Origin: Solirubrobacterales bacterium
GTDB lineage: Bacteria; Actinomycetota; Thermoleophilia; Solirubrobacterales; Solirubrobacteraceae
DNA: 64,000 nucleotides
Direction: 5' to 3'
NCBI GenBank assembly: GCA_019240655.1
Contig: JAFAXX010000154.1
Coordinates: forward strand, 6,400 to 70,399
Positions 43,455 through 52,622 of this stretch are shown here, piece by piece. How positions within the stretch are numbered: position 1 is the stretch's first letter; each line of letters begins with the position of its first letter. The notes beneath the pieces are model-generated. The model was not told where the DNA came from. It did no database searches and saw only the letters and a list, made by a program, of their open reading frames with translations. The position numbers and the translations under genes are program-made.

Positions 43455-44336
43455 ATGACATCCCAAATTTGTGGGGGTACGCTGCCGCATGGACATGCGA
43501 TGACCGGCGGCGGAGGGATATGGGCGGCCGAACGCGTGCTCGCCGATCTCGAGCGGCTTGTGCTGCACGCCCGGCCCCGGGTCGAGTTCTTCGACGAGGC
43601 GGCCGCGCGGCTCAAGCGGGCCGTCCAGTTCGACGGCGCCTGCTGGCATACCTTGGACCCGGGATCCGGCCTGATCACACAGCACCGGCTCCAGGATCTG
43701 CCCGACCGCTTCCCGGTGCTCGCGCATAACGAGTACGCGGTCGAGGACGTGAACAAGTTCGACCAGCTCGCCCGGGCGAAGCGTAAGGCGGCGACGATGG
43801 CGCACGCGACCGGCGGGCATCCTGAGCGAAGCGCGCGCTTTCGCGATCTGCTCACCCCCGCCGGGCTCGGGCCCGAGTTGCGCAGCGCGTTCGTGGCCGA
43901 TGGCTGCGCATGGGGATCGCTGATCGTCGTGCGCCGAGCGGGGGAGCCGGAGTTCACCGAGCGCGAGGTCGAGCTCTTTGACCGCGCGTCCGGGCTGTTC
44001 GCACGCGCGGTGCGGCGCGGGCTCGTCGCCGAGGCGTGCGACTCCACCGTGCCGCTGCCGGACGCCCCGGGTGTGATCGAGCTCGACCGCTCCGGCGGGG
44101 TGCTCGGCCTGTCCTCATCCGCCGAGCCGCTGCTGGCCGAACTGTCCGGCGGCACAGTCGTCGACCACCTCAAACAGATCTTCGACAAGACTGGCGCCCG
44201 CACCCGCGGCGAGCTGTCCGCAACCCTGTTCTTCGGCGAGCACCTTCGCCGCATCGCGGAGCGAATGCCGGTCGGCGACGACGCGTCATTCGTCGACGCC
44301 CCGCGACCGCGAGGGATCGACGCAGACACGCCCTAA
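43455..44336 (+). CDS. LuxR-family-type regulator with a sensor-like N-domain and a truncated GerE HTH
   Basis: The C-terminus keeps only TVVDHLKQIFDKTGARTRGELSATLF (recognition helix onward). The usual LTxRExEVLxLxAxGxSNxEIA part is absent. Confidence 0.65.
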   Translation: MTSQICGGTLPHGHAMTGGGGIWAAERVLADLERLVLHARPRVEFFDEAAARLKRAVQFDGACWHTLDPGSGLITQHRLQDLPDRFPVLAHNEYAVEDVNKFDQLARAKRKAATMAHATGGHPERSARFRDLLTPAGLGPELRSAFVADGCAWGSLIVVRRAGEPEFTEREVELFDRASGLFARAVRRGLVAEACDSTVPLPDAPGVIELDRSGGVLGLSSSAEPLLAELSGGTVVDHLKQIFDKTGARTRGELSATLFFGEHLRRIAERMPVGDDASFVDAPRPRGIDADTP

Positions 44337-44558
44337 GCAGCGCGCGGGTCGCCGGCGTCAGCTGTCTCATCATTCGTACTCACTCTCGATCGCGCGGCAA
44401 AGGGACGGTCGTGGCCGGCGTCGGGATCTCACGCGGCAGCCGGACGGGTGACCGGCTCAGTCGACCGGGTCCAGGAACCCATCCAGGTGGGCCCCGACGA
44501 GGTGAGTGCAGGTGCTGCTGGTCATCGGCTCTCCGTCGGGGGTTGTTTGTTGGGACGG

Positions 44559-45995
44559 TCAGGTGGCGGTTTGGCTGGCTAGAGCCGGAGCGCCGGCGCG
44601 AGTCGGTGCCGGGAGCAGCCGGGTGGCGAGCAGCACGCAGGCGCCGAGCGCGGCGAGCTCGAGTAGGGAAAGGACGAAAGCGTGGGCGATCCCGTGCCGG
44701 CGGGCGGCGAAGAAGATCACCCCCGTCAGCGCGACGCCGACGGCATAGCCGACCTGCTGGACGGTGGTCATGGCACCCGACGCGGCGCCGGCCCCATTAG
44801 GATCGAGGCGGCTGAGCACGATGGAGGTCAGCGGCGTGTAGCACAGGCCGATCCCCGCGCCGACAAGCATCAGCCCGGGCACCAGTTCGCCCCAGCTGCC
44901 GCCGCGGCCGATATCGGCCACGACGACGGCGAGAAGACCGAGGCCACCGGCCAGGCAGACGCCGCCGGCCGCCACGACCCGGCGTCCGAAGCGAGCGGTC
45001 AAGGCGGGAGCCGGGCCGGACACGGCGACGTAGGCGACGGCGAGCACGGTGAACAGCAACCCGGCGGCCAGCGCGCTCATCCCGCGACCCTGCTGCAGGT
45101 ACAGGGCGAGATAGACGAAGAACGCCGCCTGCGCGCAGGCCAGCGCGACTTGAGCCAGCAGCCCGGCCGAGAAGGCCCGCTGCGCGAACAGCCGCAGGTC
45201 CAAAAGCGGTATGCCGCCGCGCCGGATCACGCGCGACTGGCGCAACGCGAACGCCGCGAGCACGGCGGGCGACAGCGCCAGCGAAACCCACGTCCACAGA
45301 GGCCAGCCGGTGCTCTGACCCTCGCTGAGCGGAACCAGCACGGCGAGCAGGCCGACAGCGAGCAGGCCTGCTCCTGCGAGGTCCAGCGGGGCCCGTATCG
45401 GAGCCCGTGACTCGGGAACCGGGCGTCGCCCGGCCAGCGCGATCAGGCCGACCGGTACGTTGATGAGAAAGCAGGCGCGCCAGGACAGCCCGGCCGGATC
45501 GAGCGCCACCAGCGCGCCGCCGATGATCTGCCCGCCGACCGCGGCGAGGCCGAGGACCACGCCGTAAATGCTCAGCGCTCGGGGGTAATCGTCGCCGGTG
45601 AAACTCGTCCCGATGATCGACAGGACCTGCGGCATGACGATCGCGCCGGCGGCGCCCTGCACGACCCGGGCGGCGACCAGGGCGACCGGGTCTCCCGCCG
45701 CACCGCACGCGGCCGAGCTGGCCGCGAACAGGCCGATGCCAAGCAAGAACAGGCGCCGGCGGCCGAGCTCATCGCCGAGGCGACCGGCGAGCACCAGGCA
45801 GACGGCGAAGCTGAGACCGTAGCCCGCGACGACCCAGATCAGCGTGCTCGAGCCGGCATGCAGGTCCACCTGCATGGTCGGCAGCGCGACATTGACGATG
45901 AAGAAATCCAGGACGACCATGAACGCCCCGGCCAGCAGCACCGGCAGGGCCGCCCACGGCGAGGACGAAGAGGGAGTTGTGTGGGTGTCGTTCAT
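44559..45995 (-). CDS. MFS transporter, DHA2 (14-TMS, EmrB/QacA-like)
   Basis: From ATG 45995: VLDFFIVNVALPTMQ, LAGRLGDELGRRRLFL, about 14 helices. Confidence 0.88.
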   Translation of the reverse strand: MNDTHTTPSSSSPWAALPVLLAGAFMVVLDFFIVNVALPTMQVDLHAGSSTLIWVVAGYGLSFAVCLVLAGRLGDELGRRRLFLLGIGLFAASSAACGAAGDPVALVAARVVQGAAGAIVMPQVLSIIGTSFTGDDYPRALSIYGVVLGLAAVGGQIIGGALVALDPAGLSWRACFLINVPVGLIALAGRRPVPESRAPIRAPLDLAGAGLLAVGLLAVLVPLSEGQSTGWPLWTWVSLALSPAVLAAFALRQSRVIRRGGIPLLDLRLFAQRAFSAGLLAQVALACAQAAFFVYLALYLQQGRGMSALAAGLLFTVLAVAYVAVSGPAPALTARFGRRVVAAGGVCLAGGLGLLAVVVADIGRGGSWGELVPGLMLVGAGIGLCYTPLTSIVLSRLDPNGAGAASGAMTTVQQVGYAVGVALTGVIFFAARRHGIAHAFVLSLLELAALGACVLLATRLLPAPTRAGAPALASQTAT

Positions 45996-46083
45996 GGCCG
46001 GCCACGATCCCCGCCAGGGCGACGATCGGCAACGACCTCCGAGGTAATGGCAGCGCCGCAGCCACGCGGTATACGGTGCCACC

Positions 46084-46893
46084 ATGCCCGCACCGCTCAC
46101 TGCCGCCCGCCCTGACATCGGCCCGCTCTTGCGCCAGTGGCGAGCGCGCCGCCGGCTCAGCCAGCTCGACCTCGCGCTCGAGGCCGGCATCTCAGCCCGC
46201 CACCTCAGCTTCATCGAAACCGGCCGCGCTCGCCCGAGCGCGGACATGGTGGACCGGCTGAGCGAAGCGCTCGGCGTGCCGCTGCGCGAGCGCAACAGCC
46301 TGCTACTGGCGGCCGGTTTTGCCCCCGCCTACCCCGAGCGCGACCTCGACGAGGATGCCATGGCGCCGGTGCGCGAGGCGATCGAGCGCCTGCTGGCCGC
46401 CCACGAGCCCTACCCCGCGCTCGTCGTCGACCGCCAGTGGGAGCTGATGGCCGCGAACCGCGCCGTCGCCGTACTCACCGCCGCCGCCGCGCCGGCCCTG
46501 CTCGAACCGCCGGTCAACGTTCTGCGGCTCAGCCTCCATCCCGAGGGCCTCGCACCGCGGATCATCAACCTCGCTCAATGGGGAGAGCACATCCTCGCCC
46601 GGCTGCGCCGCCAGGCGATCGCCACCGGCGACCCGGCGCTGTTCGCCCTGCACGACGAGCTCAGCAGCTACCTGCCAGGCGGCCCCAGCCACGCCGACCA
46701 CGACGCCGGCATGATCGCCGTGCCGCTCCGCATCGACACCGACATCGGCCAACTGAGCTTCCTCAGCACCGCCACCCACTTCGGCACCGCCACCGAGCTC
46801 ACCCTCGCCGAGCTGGCGATCGAGGCGTTCCACCCCGCCGACACCGCCACCGCGCAGTACATGGCCGCCGCCGTTCCGCCCGCTGGCGGATGA
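46084..46893 (+). CDS. XRE-family HTH regulator with an MmyB-like C-terminal domain
   Basis: Contains LRQWRARRRLSQLDLALEAGISARHLSFIETGRARPS and EPYPALVVDRQWELMAANRA. It is divergent from the MFS gene. Confidence 0.85.
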   Translation: MPAPLTAARPDIGPLLRQWRARRRLSQLDLALEAGISARHLSFIETGRARPSADMVDRLSEALGVPLRERNSLLLAAGFAPAYPERDLDEDAMAPVREAIERLLAAHEPYPALVVDRQWELMAANRAVAVLTAAAAPALLEPPVNVLRLSLHPEGLAPRIINLAQWGEHILARLRRQAIATGDPALFALHDELSSYLPGGPSHADHDAGMIAVPLRIDTDIGQLSFLSTATHFGTATELTLAELAIEAFHPADTATAQYMAAAVPPAGG

Positions 46894-46920
46894 AGAGCGC
46901 TCCGAAGCCGCCGGGCCCGC

Positions 46921-46980
46921 GGGGCGCCGGCTGTGGGGCGCCGGCTGTGGGGCGCCGGGCTCGCGGGGCGCCGGGTCGCG
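46921..46980. repeat. G-rich tandem repeat, 14-16-bp units, 4 copies (GGGGCGCCGG core)
   Basis: 46921-46934 and 46935-46948 are identical (GGGGCGCCGGCTGT). 46949-46964 and 46965-46980 are variants. They lie 30 nt upstream of the ECF sigma start. Confidence 0.9.
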
Positions 46981-47009
46981 TGTCACATTTGCGGTTCCCG
47001 CGGTGCTAA

Positions 47010-47561
47010 GTGGGTGCGATGGGCTTGCAGGCGCGACGTGACGAGCGGTGGGACCGCCCCGAGGGCGGATCCCGGCTGCCCGAGTTCGAGGTGTTCTTCC
47101 GCGCTCACTACCGAGCCGTCGCGCGCCTCGCCCATAACGTGCTCGGTGATTTCCAGGCCGCGCAGGACGTGGCTCAGGAGGTCTTTCTCGCCGCGTACCG
47201 TCGATTCCCGGGCGATTACGAGCAGGCTGCGGGTTGGGTCAGGGTCGCGGCCGTGCACTCGGCGCTCAACGTGCTGCGCGGGGACCGGCGTCGGGACAAG
47301 CGTCAGCTGCTGGTGCAGATGGTTGGTTCACCGCCCAGCGTCGAGGACACGGTGATCGAGCGAGAAGCTCGAGCCGAGCTTCGCCGCGTCCTGGCTCGCC
47401 TGCCGCGCCGCTCGGCTGCCGTGCTGGTGATGCGCCATGGCGGCATGAGCTACGTGGAGATCGCCGAGGCGCTCGGGGTCAAGGCTGGACACGTTGGGAC
47501 TCTGCTGAGGAGGGCCGAGTCCGCGCTTCGAAAGGAGATCGATCGTGAGACACATTCCTGA
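47010..47561 (+). CDS. ECF-type RNA polymerase sigma factor
   Basis: Region 2: FFRAHYRAVARLAHNVLGDFQAAQDVAQEVFLAAY. Region 4: MSYVEIAEALGVKAGHVGTLLRRAESAL. Confidence 0.88.
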   Translation: MGAMGLQARRDERWDRPEGGSRLPEFEVFFRAHYRAVARLAHNVLGDFQAAQDVAQEVFLAAYRRFPGDYEQAAGWVRVAAVHSALNVLRGDRRRDKRQLLVQMVGSPPSVEDTVIEREARAELRRVLARLPRRSAAVLVMRHGGMSYVEIAEALGVKAGHVGTLLRRAESALRKEIDRETHS

Positions 47562-48660
47562 CGGGGTGCTTCGCCGGCTCGACGACGAGCCTCTGGCGGT
47601 CCCCGACAAAGTCATCGATCACGTGAGCGCCTGTGAGCGCTGCGGCGCTCGGCGAGCCGAGATCGCCCGCGACACGGAGCTCGCGGCCCGGCTCCTCTCG
47701 GCGCCGCAGCTTGTGCACGACACCGACATCGCCTGGGCTCGGCTCCGGCGTGAGCTTCACCGCCGTCCGGACGAGGAACCCGGCCGGCGCCGGCGGCCGA
47801 CGTCCGTTGGCCGGCGAGGTACACGGCTGCCGAGAGTGTCGCTGCGCACCGGGATGGTCATCGCCGCGCTCGGGATCGTGCTTGCCGGCAGCGCCGTGGC
47901 GGCCAGCCTCACCACCGTGTTCGCGCCGACCCACGTCGCCCCGCTATCGCTGAGCCAGAGCGACCTCCAGTCGATCACCGCCTTTATGGGGCTCGGTGAC
48001 CGCCGTCCGCTCGGGGGCTTCGCAACCCCGAGCGGATCGACTACGTTCCGGTTCGGAACCATCACATGGTCCTCGGGCCCCGCCCACCCGGCGCCCTCGC
48101 GTGCCGCCGCCGCCGCGGAGGCGGGGTTTCCGGTGTCATTGCCCGCTCGCCTGCCCGCCGGAGTGGGCGCTGTCCGGCAGTTCATCGTTCAGCCGCGTGC
48201 GAACGCCACCGTGAAGTTCAACTCCACCGCCGCGAGCCTCGGCGGGAGCTCGGTGACTCTCGACGCCGGCCCAGCCGTCGTCGCGGAGTACAGCGGCGCG
48301 ACGAGCGGGACCGACGTGCCCACGCTCGGCGTGGCGACGATGCGTCGCCCGACGGCGCTCTCGAGTGGTGCCAGCCTGAGCCAGATCGAAGCGTTCCTGC
48401 TCGGCCAGCCCGGCATTCCGGCGCAGCTGGTGGAGGAGGTGCGCCTTCTCGGCGACCTTCGGACGACCCTCCCGGTGCCGGTTCCGCCGGGCGCCTCGGT
48501 CCACTCGGTACAGGTCGCCGGGTGGCCCGGCGTGGTCCTCGCCGACTCCTCGAACGCGGCCGCCGCGGTGGTCTGGGAGGACGGCCGGGGCATGCTCCAC
48601 GTCGTCGCCGGACTCCTCGATACGCGAGATGTGCTGAATGTCGCGGACCAACTCGGCTGA
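47545..48660 (+). CDS. Putative anti-sigma factor (zf-HC2, single TM, large extracytoplasmic domain)
   Basis: 17-nt overlap with the sigma gene. HVSACERC is H-x3-C-x2-C. TM is MVIAALGIVLAGSAVAASL. Confidence 0.7.
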   Translation: MRHIPDGVLRRLDDEPLAVPDKVIDHVSACERCGARRAEIARDTELAARLLSAPQLVHDTDIAWARLRRELHRRPDEEPGRRRRPTSVGRRGTRLPRVSLRTGMVIAALGIVLAGSAVAASLTTVFAPTHVAPLSLSQSDLQSITAFMGLGDRRPLGGFATPSGSTTFRFGTITWSSGPAHPAPSRAAAAAEAGFPVSLPARLPAGVGAVRQFIVQPRANATVKFNSTAASLGGSSVTLDAGPAVVAEYSGATSGTDVPTLGVATMRRPTALSSGASLSQIEAFLLGQPGIPAQLVEEVRLLGDLRTTLPVPVPPGASVHSVQVAGWPGVVLADSSNAAAAVVWEDGRGMLHVVAGLLDTRDVLNVADQLG

Positions 48661-49666
48661 GCGGACCACGATCGACGGGGCCGAGCCGTCCACGACCGAC
48701 GCGGCCGGCTGGCCGTCAGACGATGCGGGTTCGCCCTCGCCGAGCCGCTTTCCGCGGACCCCGGCATCGCCCGCGATCCACGCGGTCGGGCTCAGCAAGC
48801 ACTTCGGCGGCACGATCGCCGTGAACTCGCTGTCGATGACAGTGGAGCGAGGCGAGGTGTTCGGCTTCCTCGGCCCGAACGGGGCCGGTAAGACCACGGT
48901 CGTCAAGCTCCTGCTCGGGCTCGCGCGGCCCACTGGGGGCGAGGCGCTGGTGCTCGGGGCGCCGTTGGGCGACCGCGAGACGAGGCGGCAGATCGGATAT
49001 CTGCCCGAGCTGTTCCGCTTCCAGGCCCTGCTCACCGCCAGAGAGGTGCTGCGTCTGCATTGCCGGCTCCTCGCACTGCCCAAGGACGCGTGGGAGGATG
49101 AGGCGCGCAGCGCCCTCGAGACGGTCGGGCTGCTCGCGCGGGGCGACGACCGGGTCGGCACCTTTTCGAAGGGGATGCAGCAGCGACTCGGGCTCGGCGT
49201 CGCGCTGCTCGGCAACCCGACGCTGGTGGTGCTCGACGAGCCCACCAGCGCGCTGGACCCGGTTGGACGCCACGACGTGCGCGAGATCATCCGCGGGCTT
49301 CGTGAACGGGGGAGCACCGTGTTCCTGAACACGCACCTGCTCGAAGAGGCCGAGCACGTGTGTGATCGCGTGGCGGTCATCGACAAGGGGACGGCCGTCG
49401 CCACCGGTAGCCTCGACGAGCTGCTCGGCCGGGGCAGCCGCGTCCGCCTCAAGGTCGGAGGGCTCGGTGAGCCTGGGTGGAGGACGCTGGGCCGGTTCGG
49501 CCGGTGCCAGGCGGGCGACGGGTGGGTCGTGGTCGAGGGCCTCGAGCCGTCGCGGATCCCCGACCTGGTCGACGCGCTGGTTGCCCTCGGCGGCCGGGTC
49601 GAGGCAGTGATCCCCGAGCAGCAGAGTCTCGAAGCGCGCTTCCTCGAGCTGCTGAGCGAGCGATGA
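48638..49666 (+). CDS. ABC transporter ATP-binding protein (ABC-2/DrrA-like)
   Basis: Walker A GPNGAGKTT, signature FSKGMQQRL, Walker B LVVLDEPTSALD. The N-terminal ~45 aa are low-complexity, so the start is uncertain. Confidence 0.88.
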   Translation: MSRTNSAERTTIDGAEPSTTDAAGWPSDDAGSPSPSRFPRTPASPAIHAVGLSKHFGGTIAVNSLSMTVERGEVFGFLGPNGAGKTTVVKLLLGLARPTGGEALVLGAPLGDRETRRQIGYLPELFRFQALLTAREVLRLHCRLLALPKDAWEDEARSALETVGLLARGDDRVGTFSKGMQQRLGLGVALLGNPTLVVLDEPTSALDPVGRHDVREIIRGLRERGSTVFLNTHLLEEAEHVCDRVAVIDKGTAVATGSLDELLGRGSRVRLKVGGLGEPGWRTLGRFGRCQAGDGWVVVEGLEPSRIPDLVDALVALGGRVEAVIPEQQSLEARFLELLSER

Positions 49667-50505
49667 ACCCGACCTTGACGATCGCCGCTCTGACGATCAA
49701 GGAGGCGGTGCGGCGACGTCTGCTCCTCGCCTTCGTCGCGATCACCGTGGTCATCGCCGGACTCAGTGCCTGGGGCTTCGACCGCTTGAGCAACACCCAC
49801 AGCCTGACCTCGGGCGAAAGTCACCTCGCCGTACCGGACGCGCTCATCCTGTTCATGTTCATGTTCAGCTTCGTCCTCGCCCTGAGCGCTTCGGCGATCG
49901 CCTCTCCGTCGATCTCGGCGGAGATCGAGTCCGGCGTACTGATGACGGTCGTGACCCGTCCCATCCGCCGGATGGAGGTGCTGCTCGGCAAATGGCTCGG
50001 GCTCGCGGCGCTGCTCGCCGGCTACGCCGCCGCCGTCTGCGCCCTCGAGTTCGGAGTCGTCCGGTGGGTGAGCGGGTTCCTGCCACCGAGCCCCGTGCTC
50101 GCGAGCGTATACCTGTTCGCCGAGGGAGCGTTGCTGCTGACCCTGTCTCTGTTCCTGAGCACGCTGATGCCGGCGATCGCCGCGGGTGTCATCGCCGTCG
50201 CCGTCTTTGGCGCCGGATGGCTGGCCGGAGTCGTGGGGACGCTGGGGACGAGCCTCGACATCGCTGGACTACGGACCGTGGGCCACGTGGGACGATTGCT
50301 GCTGCCCACCGATGGGCTATGGCACGCCGCGATCTACTACCTCCAACCACCCTCGGTCGTCTCCGAGCAGTTGGCGGGGGGCGGGAGGGCGAATCCGTTC
50401 TACGCCCAGGCAGCACCGTCCTCGCTATATCTCCTGTGGGTGGCCTGCTGGTTCCTGATCGTCTTGATCGCCGCGGTGGCGAGCTTCGAGCGTCGCGAGC
50501 TCTGA
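49663..50505 (+). CDS. ABC-2-type transporter permease
   Basis: ATG 49663 with ATGA overlap to the ATPase stop. 6 hydrophobic helices. The N-terminus is MNPTLTIAALTIKEAVRRRLL. Confidence 0.75.
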   Translation: MNPTLTIAALTIKEAVRRRLLLAFVAITVVIAGLSAWGFDRLSNTHSLTSGESHLAVPDALILFMFMFSFVLALSASAIASPSISAEIESGVLMTVVTRPIRRMEVLLGKWLGLAALLAGYAAAVCALEFGVVRWVSGFLPPSPVLASVYLFAEGALLLTLSLFLSTLMPAIAAGVIAVAVFGAGWLAGVVGTLGTSLDIAGLRTVGHVGRLLLPTDGLWHAAIYYLQPPSVVSEQLAGGGRANPFYAQAAPSSLYLLWVACWFLIVLIAAVASFERREL

Positions 50506-50641
50506 CGCCGCTCCCGGCCCGGCGAGGCCCGCGACGGCGTCTCAGGCCACGACGGCCCCCTTTCAGCACCTCCTTCACAGCGCTGCCGGAAGCGCTGCCG
50601 CGGGCACCTCTCTCCGCGCCGCGCGTCACAATCTGGCCGGC

Positions 50642-51238
50642 ATGACCGAACCGACGGCGCCTGCGGCGGCAACGGACTTCACTCAGCTCCCCGACGGGTT
50701 GCCCGTACCCGTCGACGACGGCGCGGCGAAGCACGTCCCCGGCCGCCCGATGCCGCCGCTGGTCCTGCCCGGCACCGACGGCAGCACGGTCTCGCTTCAC
50801 GAGCTCGGGCCCGGGCGAACCGTTGTGTACATCTATCCGCTCACCGGCCGGCCCGGCGTCGCGCTACCCGAGGGGTGGGACGAGATTCCGGGTGCGCGCG
50901 GCTGCAGCACCGAAGCGTGCGACTTCCGCGATCACTACGCGGAGCTGCTGGACGCCGGAGTCACGGCGGTGTTCGGCCTCTCGAGTCAATCCGTCGACTA
51001 TCAACGCGAGGCTGTGCAGCGGCTCGGCCTGCCCTACGCGATGCTGTCCGACCCCGCGCTCGAGCTCGCTGCGGCGCTTGGCCTCCCGACGTTCACGGCC
51101 GGCCGGGTGACGCTGTACCGCCGTCTCACGCTGATCATCGCCGGCGGGCGGATCGAGCATGTGTTCTATCCGATCTTCCCGCCGAACCGGCACGCCGGCG
51201 AGGTCCTCGGCTGGCTGCGCGGCCACCCTCCGAAGTGA
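50642..51238 (+). CDS. Peroxiredoxin/redoxin (AhpC-TSA/BCP-like)
   Basis: Contains VVYIYPLTGRPG and the GCSTEAC active-site region (TxxC), and MLSDP. Confidence 0.75.
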   Translation: MTEPTAPAAATDFTQLPDGLPVPVDDGAAKHVPGRPMPPLVLPGTDGSTVSLHELGPGRTVVYIYPLTGRPGVALPEGWDEIPGARGCSTEACDFRDHYAELLDAGVTAVFGLSSQSVDYQREAVQRLGLPYAMLSDPALELAAALGLPTFTAGRVTLYRRLTLIIAGGRIEHVFYPIFPPNRHAGEVLGWLRGHPPK

Positions 51239-51318
51239 GCCCGGGCGCGGCTACCCGCTGACCGGGGGGTGGCCGAGAGCCTCTGAGTTGGGCGCCGACG
51301 TCACTGCGCGCCTCTGAA

Positions 51319-51540
51319 TCACCGGTAGGGCGCGTAGCGGTGGTGGAACATCAGGTCGTTGCCGTCGGGGTCGGTGAAGAAGGCCATCAGGCAAACGCCG
51401 GTATCGAACGTGTCGCCGGCGAAGCCGACGCCCTTGGCCTCGAGCTCGCGACGGGCGGCCGCGACGTCATCGACGGCGGCGGGTGGTCGGGGATGGGCGA
51501 CGAGGCCGGGTGGCCGGTCGAGCGTCCAGACCGGTTCACC
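51319..51540 (-). pseudogene. C-terminal fragment of a VOC/glyoxalase-family protein
   Basis: Open frame bounded by stops and with no start codon: ...AAVDDVAAARRELEAKGVGFAGDTFDTGVCLMAFFTDPDGNDLMFHHRYAPYR. This is only the last beta-alpha-beta-beta-beta module, and there is no room for the N-terminal half before the next gene. Confidence 0.45.
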
Positions 51541-51572
51541 TCACGGCCGAGGTGACGGATATTGCCGCCGAT

Positions 51573-51626
51573 TGCGGTCAGCCACGGACCTACTTCTGTT
51601 CATCGCACGAAAATGCGGTCAGCCAC
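51573..51626. promoter_or_regulatory. 13-bp direct repeat TGCGGTCAGCCAC x2 (41-bp spacing) upstream of the WYL regulator
   Basis: Exact copies at 51573-51585 and 51614-51626, 30-85 nt upstream of ATG 51657. Candidate operator. Confidence 0.35.
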
Positions 51627-51656
51627 AGTCCGCGTTCTGTGTCACGCTCCGCGGCG

Positions 51657-52622
51657 ATGGTGCAGACCTCCGCTCGCCTGCTGGCCCTGCTCGGGCTGCT
51701 TCAGGTGCGCCGCGAGTGGACCGGCCGCGAGCTCGCCGAGCGCCTCGAGGTGGGGCCGCGCACGATCCGCCGCGACGTCGACCGCCTGCGCGGCCTCGGC
51801 TATCCGGTCGAGGCCTCGCCGGGCGTCGCTGGGGGCTACCGCCTCGGCTCGGGCGCCCGGCTGCCACCGCTGCTGCTCGACGACGCCGAAGCCGTCGCCG
51901 TCGCGGTCGGGCTCCGGACGGCCGCGGGGGCCTCGATCACCGGGATCGAGGAGACCTCGGTCCGGGCCCTGGCCAAGCTCGAGCAGGTGCTCCCCGACCG
52001 CCTGCGGCGACGCGTCCGGGCGGTCGGCGACGCCACTTCCGCGTTCGTCGTCGACGGGCCGCGCATCGATCTCGATGTGCTGGCGACGATTGCCGGCGCC
52101 TGCCGCGACGGCGTCCGTCTGCGCTTTGGCTACGTCGCCCGCGACGACGCCGTCAGCCGCCGGCACGCCGAGCCCGCCGCGCTCGTGCACTCGGGATGGC
52201 GGTGGTACCTGGTGGCCTACGACCTCGAGCGCCAAGCCTGGCGCACGTTCCGCGTCGACCGCATCACCGGCCGGCTGTTCCTCGGCGCTCGGGGCGCACG
52301 GCGTGCGGTCCCCGGCGGCGACCCTGCCGGCTTCGTCGCGCGGTCTATCCGGGCGCCGAACGCCGACCCTGCTCGTGCTCGCGTTCGGGTTCGCGCGCCC
52401 GCCGACCGAGTGGCGTCCCGCCTGCCCGCCCGCTTCGCCACCGTCGACGCCGACGGCGAGGATGCCTGCATCGTCACCACGGTGCAGGGTTGGTCGACAA
52501 GCTTCCTCATCTGGATGGCCACGCTGGACGTCGATCTCGAGATTCTCGACCCCCCAGAGCTGGCCGAGCGCGCACAGGCCATCGCCGCCCGGCTTGCGCC
52601 TACGCAGCCGGCCGGTGAGTGA
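51657..52622 (+). CDS. YafY-type transcriptional regulator (wHTH + WYL domain)
   Basis: Contains RLLALLGLLQVRREWTGRELAERLEVGPRTIRRDVDRLRGLGYPVEA and GWRWYLVAYDLERQAWRTFRVDRI. Confidence 0.85.
   Translation: MVQTSARLLALLGLLQVRREWTGRELAERLEVGPRTIRRDVDRLRGLGYPVEASPGVAGGYRLGSGARLPPLLLDDAEAVAVAVGLRTAAGASITGIEETSVRALAKLEQVLPDRLRRRVRAVGDATSAFVVDGPRIDLDVLATIAGACRDGVRLRFGYVARDDAVSRRHAEPAALVHSGWRWYLVAYDLERQAWRTFRVDRITGRLFLGARGARRAVPGGDPAGFVARSIRAPNADPARARVRVRAPADRVASRLPARFATVDADGEDACIVTTVQGWSTSFLIWMATLDVDLEILDPPELAERAQAIAARLAPTQPAGE

Noticed and set aside
43403-44329. Upstream 309 codons of the 599-aa minus-strand ORF 42530-44329.
   Set aside because: It is antisense to the LuxR-type gene and Ser/Arg/Pro-rich. 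GNAT homology starts at ATG 43402.
44457-44525. A 22-codon minus-strand micro-ORF (MTSSTCTHLVGAHLDGFLDPVD) with a GGAGAG SD, resembling the N-terminus of a zf-HC2 anti-sigma factor.
   Set aside because: It is too short to call and has no partner sigma gene next to it. It may be another gene stub, but the evidence is insufficient.
50283-50290. A CCACGTGG palindrome, and other CACGTG-containing sites (for example near 1447, 8936 and 31443), considered as parS candidates.
   Set aside because: Only the central CACGTG is shared with parS. The flanks do not match GTTTCAC/GTGAAAC, and the sites lie inside coding regions.
51657-52622. The WYL-domain regulator considered as a marker of a phage-defence island.
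   Set aside because: The neighbours are a VOC fragment, a peroxiredoxin and a DUF378 protein. No nuclease, helicase, methylase or other defence-type genes are nearby. The YafY + VOC pairing is an ordinary metabolic or stress arrangement.
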